A program made the translations under genes and the position numbers. A stretch of DNA of 64,000 nucleotides from an uncultured Candidatus Saccharibacteria bacterium (GTDB lineage Bacteria; Patescibacteriota; Saccharimonadia; Saccharimonadales; JAGQNJ01). The notes below the pieces were generated by a model, which was not told where the DNA came from, did no database searches, and was given only the letters and a program-made list of their open reading frames with translations. The stretch spans positions 1,459-65,458 of the forward strand of contig CAYRRR010000002.1 of assembly GCA_964426755.1 (NCBI GenBank), read 5' to 3'. Numbering within the stretch: position 1 is the stretch's first letter; every line of letters starts with the position of its first letter. Positions 37,879 to 48,070 of this stretch are shown here, piece after piece.

Positions 37879-39441
37879 ATGTCTGACAATTCAAATAAAA
37901 GATATTGGCTGACAACCGTTGTCGAGCAAATAGCCAAAGAATACCCAAATGGTACGCTTGTCGTGGCAAGTGGTATTTCTCCGTCTGCTAGTTATCATAT
38001 CGGCCATTTTCGAGAAGTATTGACTGCTGATGGTCTAGCATGGGGACTGCGAAGGCTTGGGCGAGAAGTTCGCCACATCCACTTTGTTGATAATTTTGAT
38101 CCATTACGAAAGCGCTATCATTTTTTGCCCAAATCGTACGACCAGTATGTCGGCTGGCCTATTTGTCTTGTTCCAGCTCCAGATGGTAGTGAGAAGAGCT
38201 ATGCTACGTACTTTAGTGAAGAGTTTCAGAAGCGTGCTTCTGAGATGGGTATTGATATGGAAGTTGTTTACAGCTACGAAGACCAATACAAAAGTGGCAA
38301 AATGGTGCCGTATATTGAAGCAGCCTTGGCGCACGGTCCAGAAATTCGAGATATTTTTAAACGAGTAGCTAATAGAGATTTGTCAGATGATTGGATGCCG
38401 ATCCAAATACTATCAGACAATAAAAGCTTTAACGAATGGCGCTATAAGGCCATTGATACAAGTAAAAAGACTATCGCTTACATTGACAAAAACGGTCAAG
38501 AAGGAGAGGTTAGCTATCAAGACGGTCGGGTAAAACTTAACTGGCGGCTTGATTGGCCGGCGCGCTGGGCATTATGGAATGTAGATGTTGAACCATATGG
38601 CAAAGAGCATGCGACAAAGGGTGGAAGTTACGATACGGGCGCTGAATTTGTAAAAACAGTTTTTAAGGCAAAAGCGCCGTTTCCGTTGCCTTACGACACG
38701 ATTAATATGGCGGGTGACAATAAAAAAATGAGCAGCTCGCTAGGGAACGTAGTAACGCCGGCTGAAGCTCTTGAAATTATGCCGCCAGAAGTTTTACGTT
38801 ATTTCGTATATCGCAATTTACCAAGGCGAGTGCTTTATTTTGATAGTGGCCTCGGTCTATACAACCTGATTGATGAATTCAGCAAAGTTGAAGAAGCTGT
38901 AGAGTCGGGCAATACGCATGAGTTTGCGGAAGCGTACAATGTATCAACTGCTATTTCATCACAGCGAACGATAACAAGCATACCATTTAACCATTTGGTA
39001 AGCGTATTCCAGGCAGCTCAAGGTAATGAAGAGGAAATAGTAGCTATTTTGAAGCGAACCGGGTACGGTGACGTTGTCTCGACTCACGCAGAGGTGCTCA
39101 AGCGTGAAATCCCCTATGTTGCCAACTGGCTAGAGAAGTACGCGCCTGATAGCGTAAAATTTGTTGTTCAAGATGCGCTGCCAAAGGTTGAACTGAGCGA
39201 AGCGCAGAAACAATTTGCGCAAATACTTGCTGACAAGCTCGTTGCTATGCAAGATATCGACGGTCAAACAATGCATGAGACAATATACGCAGCCAAAGAA
39301 GAGGCTGACCTGCAGCCGGGTGAGGCATTTAAGGCGCTGTATCGTTTAATTCTAGACAAAGATTCTGGCCCAAAGGCCGGTTGGTTTTTGGCCTCGCTTG
39401 ATAAAGGATGGCTGATTAAACGTCTTAAGCAAGAGGTATAA
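37879..39441 (+). CDS. lysK: Class I lysyl-tRNA synthetase
   Basis: HIGH as SASYHIGHFRE and KMSKS as KMSSSLGN. The overall class I LysRS architecture is distinct from class II LysS. Confidence 0.82.
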   Translation: MSDNSNKRYWLTTVVEQIAKEYPNGTLVVASGISPSASYHIGHFREVLTADGLAWGLRRLGREVRHIHFVDNFDPLRKRYHFLPKSYDQYVGWPICLVPAPDGSEKSYATYFSEEFQKRASEMGIDMEVVYSYEDQYKSGKMVPYIEAALAHGPEIRDIFKRVANRDLSDDWMPIQILSDNKSFNEWRYKAIDTSKKTIAYIDKNGQEGEVSYQDGRVKLNWRLDWPARWALWNVDVEPYGKEHATKGGSYDTGAEFVKTVFKAKAPFPLPYDTINMAGDNKKMSSSLGNVVTPAEALEIMPPEVLRYFVYRNLPRRVLYFDSGLGLYNLIDEFSKVEEAVESGNTHEFAEAYNVSTAISSQRTITSIPFNHLVSVFQAAQGNEEEIVAILKRTGYGDVVSTHAEVLKREIPYVANWLEKYAPDSVKFVVQDALPKVELSEAQKQFAQILADKLVAMQDIDGQTMHETIYAAKEEADLQPGEAFKALYRLILDKDSGPKAGWFLASLDKGWLIKRLKQEV

Positions 39442-39481
39442 GCATATAGCAAATATATCGCTTGTGACATAAGGAGGACCT

Positions 39482-40000
39482 ATGAAGGCAACACTAGCAG
39501 GAGGGTGCTTTTGGTGTTTGGAGGCAGCATATCAATTAATTGAGGGTGTAAAAAAAGTTGTACCTGGGTATGCTGGTGGAGCGTTTGAAAATCCATCATA
39601 TCAGCAAGTATGTACGGGTGAGACAGGTCATGCAGAGGCGGTGCAAATTACCTATGACGAGCAAGTCCTAAGCTATCAAGATATACTGGATATTTTTTGG
39701 ACTATTCATGATCCAACAACCTTAAACAGACAGGGTAATGACATAGGATCACAATATCGGTCTATTATTTTGTACGCAAATAATGAGCAAAAGCGGCAAG
39801 CCGAGCGGTCACGCAAACAAGTACAAAAAATTTGGGAAGATCCGGTGGTTACAGAAATTAAACCACTTGAAAAGTTTTATGAAGCAGAGCCGGAACACCA
39901 CGATTACTTTAAAAAACACCCTAATCAGACGTACTGTCAGGTGGTAATAAATCCAAAACTAGAAAAGCTGCGCCAAAAGTTTATAGCTAAACTCAAATAA
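39482..40000 (+). CDS. msrA: Peptide methionine sulfoxide reductase MsrA
   Basis: Active-site GCFWC at the N-terminus. Confidence 0.92.
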   Translation: MKATLAGGCFWCLEAAYQLIEGVKKVVPGYAGGAFENPSYQQVCTGETGHAEAVQITYDEQVLSYQDILDIFWTIHDPTTLNRQGNDIGSQYRSIILYANNEQKRQAERSRKQVQKIWEDPVVTEIKPLEKFYEAEPEHHDYFKKHPNQTYCQVVINPKLEKLRQKFIAKLK

Positions 40001-40052
40001 TTTTTACTTTATAACGGCTGGCAAAGTGCAGAGATAATGATACAGTTAAGAT

Positions 40053-40862
40053 ATGAAAAAGTTTACGAGCCTTCTTAGGACAAAACAAAAAGTCAATTTT
40101 GAAAGATTAAATAAATGGAATATTGGCCTGGCAATACTCCACGCCGTGCAAGGTATTTTGATTCTAGTGTTAAGCCGGGGTGCAAACACAGCGGTAAGCA
40201 CCAGCTATTTAAGTATAGATCCGCTGCTGAGTCGTGATGGCCAGCCGGTTCTGGTGCCAGCCTCATCCAATTTGTTTGATTTAAATCTCGGTTACTTGGT
40301 GGCGGCGTTTTTCTTTATGTCGACAATTGCCCACACCGTTATTGCAACCATATATAGAAAGCGGTATGAAGATGGGTTGAAGAAGGGTATAAATCGGGTG
40401 CGGTGGATAGAGTATGCCTTTAGTGCCAGCACCATGATGGTGGCAATTGCAGTTTTGAGTGGCGTATACGATCTTTCAAGTTTACTAATGATATTTAGCC
40501 TGGTGGCAGTTATGAATCTGATGGGACTTGTCATGGAGCTTTGGAATCAAACTACAAAACAAACTAACTGGTTGAGTTTTGTGATAGGCTGTTTTGCTGG
40601 CATAGTACCGTGGATTGTGTTTGCGGTTTACGTATGGGGTGCCAATGTGTATGGGGCGGGCCAGATTCCAGCCTTTGTGTACTGGATTTACCTTAGCATT
40701 TTCATATTCTTTAATATTTTTGCAATTAATATGTATCTTCAATACAAGAAAAAGGGCAAATGGGCAGATTATCTGTACGGCGAAAAAATTTATATGATAT
40801 TAAGCCTTGTCGCGAAGTCTGCACTGGCCTGGCAGGTGTTTGCCGGAACCTTGAGGCCATAA
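40053..40862 (+). CDS. Heliorhodopsin (retinal-binding 7-TM photoreceptor)
   Basis: Strong pattern match to the heliorhodopsin family across the protein: RWIEYAFSAS (counterion E), IGCFAGIVPWI, YLQYKKKGKW and SLVAKSALAWQVFAGTL (Schiff-base K). Conserved His in TM1/TM2. Confidence 0.85.
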   Translation: MKKFTSLLRTKQKVNFERLNKWNIGLAILHAVQGILILVLSRGANTAVSTSYLSIDPLLSRDGQPVLVPASSNLFDLNLGYLVAAFFFMSTIAHTVIATIYRKRYEDGLKKGINRVRWIEYAFSASTMMVAIAVLSGVYDLSSLLMIFSLVAVMNLMGLVMELWNQTTKQTNWLSFVIGCFAGIVPWIVFAVYVWGANVYGAGQIPAFVYWIYLSIFIFFNIFAINMYLQYKKKGKWADYLYGEKIYMILSLVAKSALAWQVFAGTLRP

Positions 40863-40924
40863 CGAGGGATTAATCTTTTAAGAGGCTTTGGAATACCGCT
40901 CTGCCTTTGTACAATAAAAGGTAA

Positions 40925-41539
40925 ATGAGGTATTTAATTTTTGACTTTGACGGTACTCTTGCCGACAGTTTGCCGGTTATTATTGAAATTGCCGAAGATA
41001 TGCTCGGTATAGAGATCACGCAGAATGATATTGATCGATACAGAAACATGACGGCTAAACAAATCTTAAAAGAGGCGCGCATTCCTTTATATCGAGTACC
41101 GAGACTGCTTGTTAGAGGGAAAGCCCTTATGTCATCGCGCGTTAACGAGGTTGTGATGTTTAAAGGCCTTGAGCCAGTAATTAAGCAGCTAGCCGAAGAT
41201 CATGTGCTGTATGTAGTGAGTTCTAATGGTATTGGTATTATCTCTTCGTTTTTGGAGCGTAATAAAATTGATCAGTATTTTTCAAATATATATGGTAATG
41301 TCGGTTTGTTCAGTAAGGCTCAAGCCATTAAGCGGGTAATGAAACGCGAACAATTTGAGGCCTCAAAATCTATATATATAGGTGATGAAGTACGAGATAT
41401 TGAAGCTGCCAAAAAAATTGGTATGCCTATTATTTCAGTGACCTGGGGTTATAACGGTAAAGAAATATTACGCAAATACCAACCCGATTATTTAGTAGAT
41501 TCACCACGAGCACTACAAAAAACAATAAAAGCTCTATAG
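40925..41539 (+). CDS. HAD-superfamily hydrolase (phosphatase-like)
   Basis: Motif I FDFDGTLADS and the later HAD motifs (VVSSN, GDEVRD). Confidence 0.75.
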   Translation: MRYLIFDFDGTLADSLPVIIEIAEDMLGIEITQNDIDRYRNMTAKQILKEARIPLYRVPRLLVRGKALMSSRVNEVVMFKGLEPVIKQLAEDHVLYVVSSNGIGIISSFLERNKIDQYFSNIYGNVGLFSKAQAIKRVMKREQFEASKSIYIGDEVRDIEAAKKIGMPIISVTWGYNGKEILRKYQPDYLVDSPRALQKTIKAL

Positions 41540-41580
41540 TCAGGTTCGGCTCCTATAACATGCTGCTATACTAAAGTGAC

Positions 41581-42360
41581 ATGAGTTATTTTAGGGAACG
41601 CAGTCAACCGTATAAACCAGGACAAAAAACTCCATTCAAGGTGAGTCGCAGTAAAATTGAGCTGTTTATGCAGTGTCCACGTTGTTTTTGGCTTGACGTG
41701 CGTTTGAAAATTACGCGGCCAAGTGGCCCCCCGTTTAATATTAATAAAGCAATTGATGAACTCTTAAAAAAAGAATTTGATAGTTTTCGGCTTAAAAAAG
41801 AGCCTCACCCCTGGATGATAGAAAACCAAATTAAAGCAATTCCTATGCAGCATGCCGAGCTTGAAGCGTGGCGTCACAATTTTACAGGGGTATTTACACT
41901 CCATAAACCTACCAATTTACATGTATTTGGTGCGCTTGATGACATTTGGGTGGGTGGCGATGGCGAACTTATTGTGGTAGATTACAAGGCAACTTCAAAA
42001 GATAGAGAAGTTACAATAGATTCTGATTGGCAAATTAGCTATAAGCGTCAGCTTGAAGTGTATCAATGGTTGCTAAGACAGAACGGCTTCACGGTAAGCG
42101 ATACAGGATATTTTGTTTACACCAATGCCCGGATTGATGCAGAGGGTTTTTTTAACAGAGTCGAGTTTAAAACAAAAATAATTCCATACCAAGGTAACGA
42201 TGCATGGATTGAGCCAACCCTGCAAAAGATGAAAGATTGTATGGAAGGCGACATGCCAAAAGTGGGCATGGCGGCCATGGGCGGTCCATGCGATTTCTGT
42301 GTGTATGTCAGAAAACGCACTGAATTAACCTTAAAGCACCTGCAAAATAAGAAGAAATAG
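41581..42360 (+). CDS. Cas4-like PD-(D/E)XK nuclease with Fe-S cysteine quartet
   Basis: N-terminal CPRC(FWL), motif II D (GALDDIW), motif III IVVDYK and QxxxY (QLEVYQ). C-terminal CDFC. Four Cys in all. Confidence 0.55.
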   Translation: MSYFRERSQPYKPGQKTPFKVSRSKIELFMQCPRCFWLDVRLKITRPSGPPFNINKAIDELLKKEFDSFRLKKEPHPWMIENQIKAIPMQHAELEAWRHNFTGVFTLHKPTNLHVFGALDDIWVGGDGELIVVDYKATSKDREVTIDSDWQISYKRQLEVYQWLLRQNGFTVSDTGYFVYTNARIDAEGFFNRVEFKTKIIPYQGNDAWIEPTLQKMKDCMEGDMPKVGMAAMGGPCDFCVYVRKRTELTLKHLQNKKK

Positions 42361-42375
42361 CGTTATAATAACACC

Positions 42376-43671
42376 ATGCTAGATATACAGTTTATACGGG
42401 AAAATCCGGAATTAGTTGCAGAAAAATCAAAACAAAAAGGCTACGAAGTGGATATTCAGCAACTGTTGGGTTTTGACTCAAAGCGCCGCGAATTATTGGT
42501 TGCGATTGAAGCACATCGCCGAAAACGGAATGAAATCGCTGAAAGCATAAAAGGCGGCAAGCCGTCAGAAGATCAAATTACTGAAGGCCGTGAAGTTAAA
42601 GATATCTTGGCAGACCTGGAGCATCGTTTTGCCGCTATCGATAAAGAATTTATAGAGCTCCTTAAAGCGGTGCCAAATATGCCGCTCAATACCGTTCCCG
42701 TAGGTAGTTCAGAGGCCGACAATGTCGTTATTAAAGCCGTAGGCGAACGGCCGGAGTTTAACTTTAAGCCCAAAAACCATGCTGAAATTGCCGAGACAAA
42801 AGGATGGCTAGATCGAGAGCGGGCGGTTAAGATTGCCGGAGCGCGCTTTATATACTCTAAAGGTGATTTAGTTTTGTTGGAATGGGCACTTATGCGGTAT
42901 GGCATGGACGTATTAAGCGATGAAGCGACGTTAAATGAAATTGTTAATAATAGTAACCTTCGTGTTAGTGCTAAGCCGTTTATGCCCGTGCTACCGCCGT
43001 CTGTCGCTAAAAAAGAAGTCTTTGAAGCTACCGGCCGGCTTAATCGCGAAGAGCAGACGTATAAAATCGAAGACGAAGATTTATGGCTGAACGCCAGCGC
43101 CGAACACACACTTGCGCCGATGTATTTAGATGAGATATTGCCTGAAGGCGACCTCCCGCTACGATACGTCGGTTATACGACAGCTTTCAGAAAAGAGGCT
43201 GGCACCTACGGGAAAGATACCGAAGGATTATTTCGTCTACATCAGTTTAACAAACTAGAAATGGAGAGTTTCACGACGCCTGAAAACTCTCTGCAAGAAC
43301 ATCTTTTCATGGTTGCGATTCAAGAATACTTAATGCAGCAACTTGGATTGCCGTATCAGGTGTTAGAAAAGTGCACTGCAGATATCGGGAAACCAAATGC
43401 TAAAGGTGTTGACATTGAAGTGTGGTTGCCGAGCCAAAATACTTATCGAGAAACCCACACGGCAGACTATATGACCGACTATCAAGCGCGAGCAATGAAA
43501 ACTCGCATACGTCGAAGTAGTGGTGATATAGAGTTTGTGCACACAAATGATGCAACTGTGTTTGCCCAACGGCCTCTTATTGGAATCATCGAAAATTATC
43601 AAACACGCGAAGGAGACGTGATTGTTCCAGAGGTGCTCAGGAAATATATGAGAGGGAGAGTAAAAATCTAA
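42376..43671 (+). CDS. serS: Seryl-tRNA synthetase
   Basis: N-terminal coiled-coil arm (MLDIQFIRENPE...) and class II motifs. Confidence 0.92.
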   Translation: MLDIQFIRENPELVAEKSKQKGYEVDIQQLLGFDSKRRELLVAIEAHRRKRNEIAESIKGGKPSEDQITEGREVKDILADLEHRFAAIDKEFIELLKAVPNMPLNTVPVGSSEADNVVIKAVGERPEFNFKPKNHAEIAETKGWLDRERAVKIAGARFIYSKGDLVLLEWALMRYGMDVLSDEATLNEIVNNSNLRVSAKPFMPVLPPSVAKKEVFEATGRLNREEQTYKIEDEDLWLNASAEHTLAPMYLDEILPEGDLPLRYVGYTTAFRKEAGTYGKDTEGLFRLHQFNKLEMESFTTPENSLQEHLFMVAIQEYLMQQLGLPYQVLEKCTADIGKPNAKGVDIEVWLPSQNTYRETHTADYMTDYQARAMKTRIRRSSGDIEFVHTNDATVFAQRPLIGIIENYQTREGDVIVPEVLRKYMRGRVKI

Positions 43672-44030
43672 TGTCATTAAAGCTAGAAATAAACGCAATA
43701 CATACCGATGTTAGCGATGATCTTAAAAAGTATATTACAAAGAAAATCGGTCGATTGGATCGATTTTTATCACGGCGTGCGCGCGAATCATCGCGTGGCG
43801 AAGTAAAGTTAAAACAGTCAAAGAATAAAGGCAAAAAACAACACACCTGTGAAGTCGTGCTTCACTTGCCTCACGAAACCATTACGGTTAGCGAGACAAC
43901 CATAAACATGTTCGCAGCTGTAGACATTGTAGAGACTAAACTCAAAAATCAGCTTAAAAAATACAAAGAAACACATTCAGTCTTACGGGGTCGTACGCGA
44001 CAGTTGCTTAGCAAAATACGTTCGCGTTAA
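43671..44030 (+). CDS. hpf: Ribosome hibernation promoting factor / RaiA family
   Basis: MSLKLEINAIHTDVSDDLKKYITKKIGRLDRF is the YfiA/HPF N-terminal fold pattern. The usual hpf-secA adjacency is present. Confidence 0.8.
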   Translation: MSLKLEINAIHTDVSDDLKKYITKKIGRLDRFLSRRARESSRGEVKLKQSKNKGKKQHTCEVVLHLPHETITVSETTINMFAAVDIVETKLKNQLKKYKETHSVLRGRTRQLLSKIRSR

Positions 44031-44100
44031 GCCTGTGAAGTAGGGTACAATATACCTCCAGAGTGGGAAGATCTTATAAGTTAGGGAAGAATTGAGGATA

Positions 44101-46716
44101 ATGAAAAGAATTTTAAAGAAAGTTTTAGGTGACCCGCAAGCCCAAACTATTAAACGGCTACGCAAACGCGTAAAAGAGATAAATGATCTGGCTGATAAGT
44201 ACAAAAAACTTTCGGACGAGAAGTTAAAATCACAAACGGACGTTTTGAAGAAGCGGCTCGAGAAAGAGTCGCTGGATAAAATATTGCCTGACGCTTTTGC
44301 GGTGGTACGCGAAGCTGCAACCCGAACGCTTAAGCAGCGCCATTTTGATGTACAGCTTATTGGCGGCATGGTTCTTCATGAAGGCAAGGTTGCCGAGATG
44401 AAGACCGGTGAAGGGAAAACATTGGTTGCGACCCTACCGGTATATCTCAATGCCTTAACAAGTAAAGGGGTACACGTTGTAACGGTAAACGACTATCTAG
44501 CGCAACGTGATGCCGGTTGGATGGGGCAAATCTATGATTTTATGGGGTTGAGCATTGGTGTTATCATTCCTGACGGTTCATTTATTTATGATGCAGCCTA
44601 TAAAAATGAGAATCATGACGATCCGCGCTTGCGACACCTTAAACCCTGTACACGGCAAGAAGCCTATGCGGCTGATATAACCTATGGTACAAATAATGAG
44701 TTCGGCTTTGATTATTTACGAGACAACATGGTGCGCGAAGAAGCGCAGTTGCGCCAGCGAGACTTGCATTATGCAATTGTTGACGAGGTTGACTCAATTT
44801 TAATTGACGAGGCGAGAACACCGTTGATAATTTCGGCTGCGGCAGCCGCAAGCGCCACAGCTTACGAGCAATTTGCCAAAGTGGTGCGAACACTGGTAAA
44901 AGATAAGCACTATACGGTCGATGAAAAGCACCGTTCAGTTGTACTGACTGATGAGGGTGTAGAAGCAGTTGAAAAGAAGCTTGGCATCGATAATTTATAC
45001 GCAACAGAAAATATACGCAACATCTATCATCTTGAGCAGGCGTTAAAGGCTGAAGCTGTATTTAAGCGTGACAAAGATTACGTCATAACAAAAGATGGCG
45101 AGATTGTTATTGTTGACGAATTTACTGGTCGTTTATTGAAAGGTCGCCGTTATAACGAGGGTCTTCACCAGGCAATCGAGGCCAAAGAAGGAGTAGAAGT
45201 CAAAGAAGAATCAATGACTTTAGCTACCATTTCATTCCAGAACTACTTTCGGCTATACGAAAAGCTGTCGGGTATGACCGGTACTGCAGAAACTGAAAGT
45301 GAAGAGTTTCACCAGATCTATAAGCTCGACGTCGTGCAGGTCCCTTCTAATAAGCCGCTAATTAGAGATGATCGACCTGATCGAATCTATAAAACCGAGA
45401 CGGCTAAATTCCGGGCAATTATTAAAGAAGTTCAGGTGCTTCATACCAAGGGGCAGCCAGTTCTGATTGGTACAGTGTCAATTGAGCGTAATGAACTACT
45501 CAGTAGCATGCTTAAGCGGGCCGGTATTCCTCACCAAGTTTTGAATGCAAAAAATAATGAAAAAGAGGCGGCCATTGTTGCCGGCGCTGGTCAGAAAGGT
45601 GCAGTTACGCTGGCGACTAACATTGCCGGGCGAGGAACCGATATTGTTTTGAGCGATGAGGTAAAGAAGCTTGGTGGCCTGTTTGTACTTGGTTCTGAAC
45701 GGCATGAATCGAGACGTATTGATAATCAGCTGCGAGGACGCTCTGGTCGTCAAGGCGACCCTGGTGTAACACAATTCTTCGTTTCGTGTGAAGATGACCT
45801 TATGCGTATCTTTGGTGGTGAACGAATATTAGCTATCATGGAGCGACTTAACGTTGATGACGATACACCGATTGAAAACAGGGTAATATCGCGAAGTTTA
45901 GAGGCGGCACAAAAGAAGGTTGAAGGCTTTAACTTTGACCAGCGGAAAAATGTTGTTCAGTATGACGACGTCATGAACCGCCATCGCAAAGCCACCTATA
46001 CAATTCGACGCGAAATATTAAAAGATACTGATATTAGTAAACGAATTAGAGCTTTTATTGCGGATGAGGCCAAGGCGATAGCTCAATCACCGCTAGCTCA
46101 TACCGAGGAATATGAAGAAATGCTTAAACAGGTATTTCCTCTGGATGATGCGGCCTTAGATGTGGTGTTTGATGCCGAGTATGATCAGTTTGCAAAAGTT
46201 TTAACCCAAAAGGCTTTAGAATTGTACGAAAGTCGCGAGGCGGCTTTTGGTTCAGATACCATGCGGGCGGTTGAGCGTGAAATTTATTTGCAAGTACTCG
46301 ATAACTTATGGATGGAGCACCTTGAAAGCATGAATCATTTGCGTGAAGGCATTGGCTGGATGGGGGTTGGTCAAAAAGATCCCTTGGTTGAATATCGACG
46401 TCGCTCGCAAGTACTGTTTGAAGATATGCAGCTCAGGTTGCGCCAAGAAATTGTGAAGACTATATTCACCGCCGCACCAGTAAATGAAAACCAGCCTGTT
46501 GAGACTGAACTAACTCGAGCAGCTCGCCGTTCAGTTGATAATGCTGATAAAATTATTGAAGCAGAAGGGCTGCATGATGAGGATTTCCTTTCAGTTTCAG
46601 ACAATACCGCCCAGCTTACTGAAGTTAAGGCCACAAAAAAACAAACTTCGACTAAAAACCGAAAAAAAGCCCGTAAAGCAGAGCGCAAGCGGCGGGCAAA
46701 AGGGCGCAAACATTAA
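44101..46716 (+). CDS. secA: Preprotein translocase ATPase SecA
   Basis: DEAD-motor motifs (MKTGEGKTLVATLP, DEVDSILIDEA). The basic C-terminal tail replaces the Zn-finger. ATG 44101 with a GAGGA RBS. Confidence 0.93.
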   Translation: MKRILKKVLGDPQAQTIKRLRKRVKEINDLADKYKKLSDEKLKSQTDVLKKRLEKESLDKILPDAFAVVREAATRTLKQRHFDVQLIGGMVLHEGKVAEMKTGEGKTLVATLPVYLNALTSKGVHVVTVNDYLAQRDAGWMGQIYDFMGLSIGVIIPDGSFIYDAAYKNENHDDPRLRHLKPCTRQEAYAADITYGTNNEFGFDYLRDNMVREEAQLRQRDLHYAIVDEVDSILIDEARTPLIISAAAAASATAYEQFAKVVRTLVKDKHYTVDEKHRSVVLTDEGVEAVEKKLGIDNLYATENIRNIYHLEQALKAEAVFKRDKDYVITKDGEIVIVDEFTGRLLKGRRYNEGLHQAIEAKEGVEVKEESMTLATISFQNYFRLYEKLSGMTGTAETESEEFHQIYKLDVVQVPSNKPLIRDDRPDRIYKTETAKFRAIIKEVQVLHTKGQPVLIGTVSIERNELLSSMLKRAGIPHQVLNAKNNEKEAAIVAGAGQKGAVTLATNIAGRGTDIVLSDEVKKLGGLFVLGSERHESRRIDNQLRGRSGRQGDPGVTQFFVSCEDDLMRIFGGERILAIMERLNVDDDTPIENRVISRSLEAAQKKVEGFNFDQRKNVVQYDDVMNRHRKATYTIRREILKDTDISKRIRAFIADEAKAIAQSPLAHTEEYEEMLKQVFPLDDAALDVVFDAEYDQFAKVLTQKALELYESREAAFGSDTMRAVEREIYLQVLDNLWMEHLESMNHLREGIGWMGVGQKDPLVEYRRRSQVLFEDMQLRLRQEIVKTIFTAAPVNENQPVETELTRAARRSVDNADKIIEAEGLHDEDFLSVSDNTAQLTEVKATKKQTSTKNRKKARKAERKRRAKGRKH

Positions 46717-48011
46717 TGAAACATACAGTTCATGAGCTTACCTTAAAAAATGGTGCAAAAGGCTTACTGGTGCACATTCCTGATGCTACCGTCATAACAT
46801 ATGACATTAATTTTCGGGCTGGTGAATATTTGGTAGAGCGTAATAAATGGGAAACGCCACATTTAATGGAGCACGTTCTGCTCGGTGCTAATGAATTATT
46901 CCCACGATCACGTGATTTCCAGGCGGAGTTAGAAAAAAACGGAGCATATGCAAATGCCAGCACCGGTAGTTACGATATTACATATGAAGCTGAGTGCGCA
47001 GATTTTGAGTGGGATCGCGTTTTAGGTTTACTTCTTACTGCCATTTCTAAGCCACTATTTTTACAAGATGAATTTGAAGCAGAATTGGGTAATGTTCGAG
47101 AAGAGTTATTTTCGCGCTCAAATAATCATTTTCGATACTTGAATTTAGCACTGCGTGAGAAGTACGGTTTTTGCGTCATGACCGATCAAGAGCGACTCAA
47201 GCTAATGGATAATGTGACTCTTGGTGATGTTCAGGCGCACTATAAAAAAACGCATCGCGCTCCCAATATGCGTTTTGTTATCGCAGGAAACCTGACAAAA
47301 CCGAGACAGGAGGTCATACGTAAATTATTAACTACTATCGAATTAGAGGGTGATGGTTATCGGACCCCGCTGCCAGATGAAACGCCCAAATCTTTGTCAG
47401 AGCCATTATATTTACATAACCCAACTATTGAAAATCTGTATTTTTATATCGACACCTTTACTCGCCGACGAGTAACAGAGACGGAGAGTTACGGTCTGAT
47501 GTTGTCTAATATACTTCTAACAGAAACACTTCATTCACGTATTTTTGGCCAAGCGCGCGAGAAAGGTTTAGTTTACGGAGTCAGCTCAAATTATTCACGT
47601 TTGCTTGGTTCGACTAATATGTGGCTGGGCGCGCAGGTTATGCCGCAAAACATGCAGGCACTTTCATCGATTATTCGACACGAAATTAACGACATGAAAC
47701 AGGGGGGCATTAGTGAAGAGGAACTAAGGGCGGCTAAGCTTTTTGCTTTAGGGCGCTATCAGCGAAGTGCGCAAACAGTGGCCAGTACGGCAAATCTTTA
47801 TAGTAGCCGCTACTTCTATGAGGAGGAAACTGAAGATTACTATGCAATTCCGGATAAAATACAGGCAGTGACCAAAGATCAGATGGTGGCAGCAATCAAT
47901 GCTGTATTTGCAGAAAAGGTGCGTGGTTTCGGCGTGCTGGGTAGCTGTGGCGAGGAATTTGTACATAAAGCATATACTGCTCTCGAAAGCTTATGGGCAG
48001 AGGTTGCATAA
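46716..48011 (+). CDS. M16-family (insulinase-like) zinc peptidase
   Basis: Inverted zinc motif HLMEH (HxxEH) near the N-terminus. Single M16 domain. Confidence 0.72.
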   Translation: MKHTVHELTLKNGAKGLLVHIPDATVITYDINFRAGEYLVERNKWETPHLMEHVLLGANELFPRSRDFQAELEKNGAYANASTGSYDITYEAECADFEWDRVLGLLLTAISKPLFLQDEFEAELGNVREELFSRSNNHFRYLNLALREKYGFCVMTDQERLKLMDNVTLGDVQAHYKKTHRAPNMRFVIAGNLTKPRQEVIRKLLTTIELEGDGYRTPLPDETPKSLSEPLYLHNPTIENLYFYIDTFTRRRVTETESYGLMLSNILLTETLHSRIFGQAREKGLVYGVSSNYSRLLGSTNMWLGAQVMPQNMQALSSIIRHEINDMKQGGISEEELRAAKLFALGRYQRSAQTVASTANLYSSRYFYEEETEDYYAIPDKIQAVTKDQMVAAINAVFAEKVRGFGVLGSCGEEFVHKAYTALESLWAEVA

Positions 48012-48070
48012 GCGGTTATCAATCAGTACACTAAAAGCATCGATAATATAAAGCTTATAGGAGAAGATAA

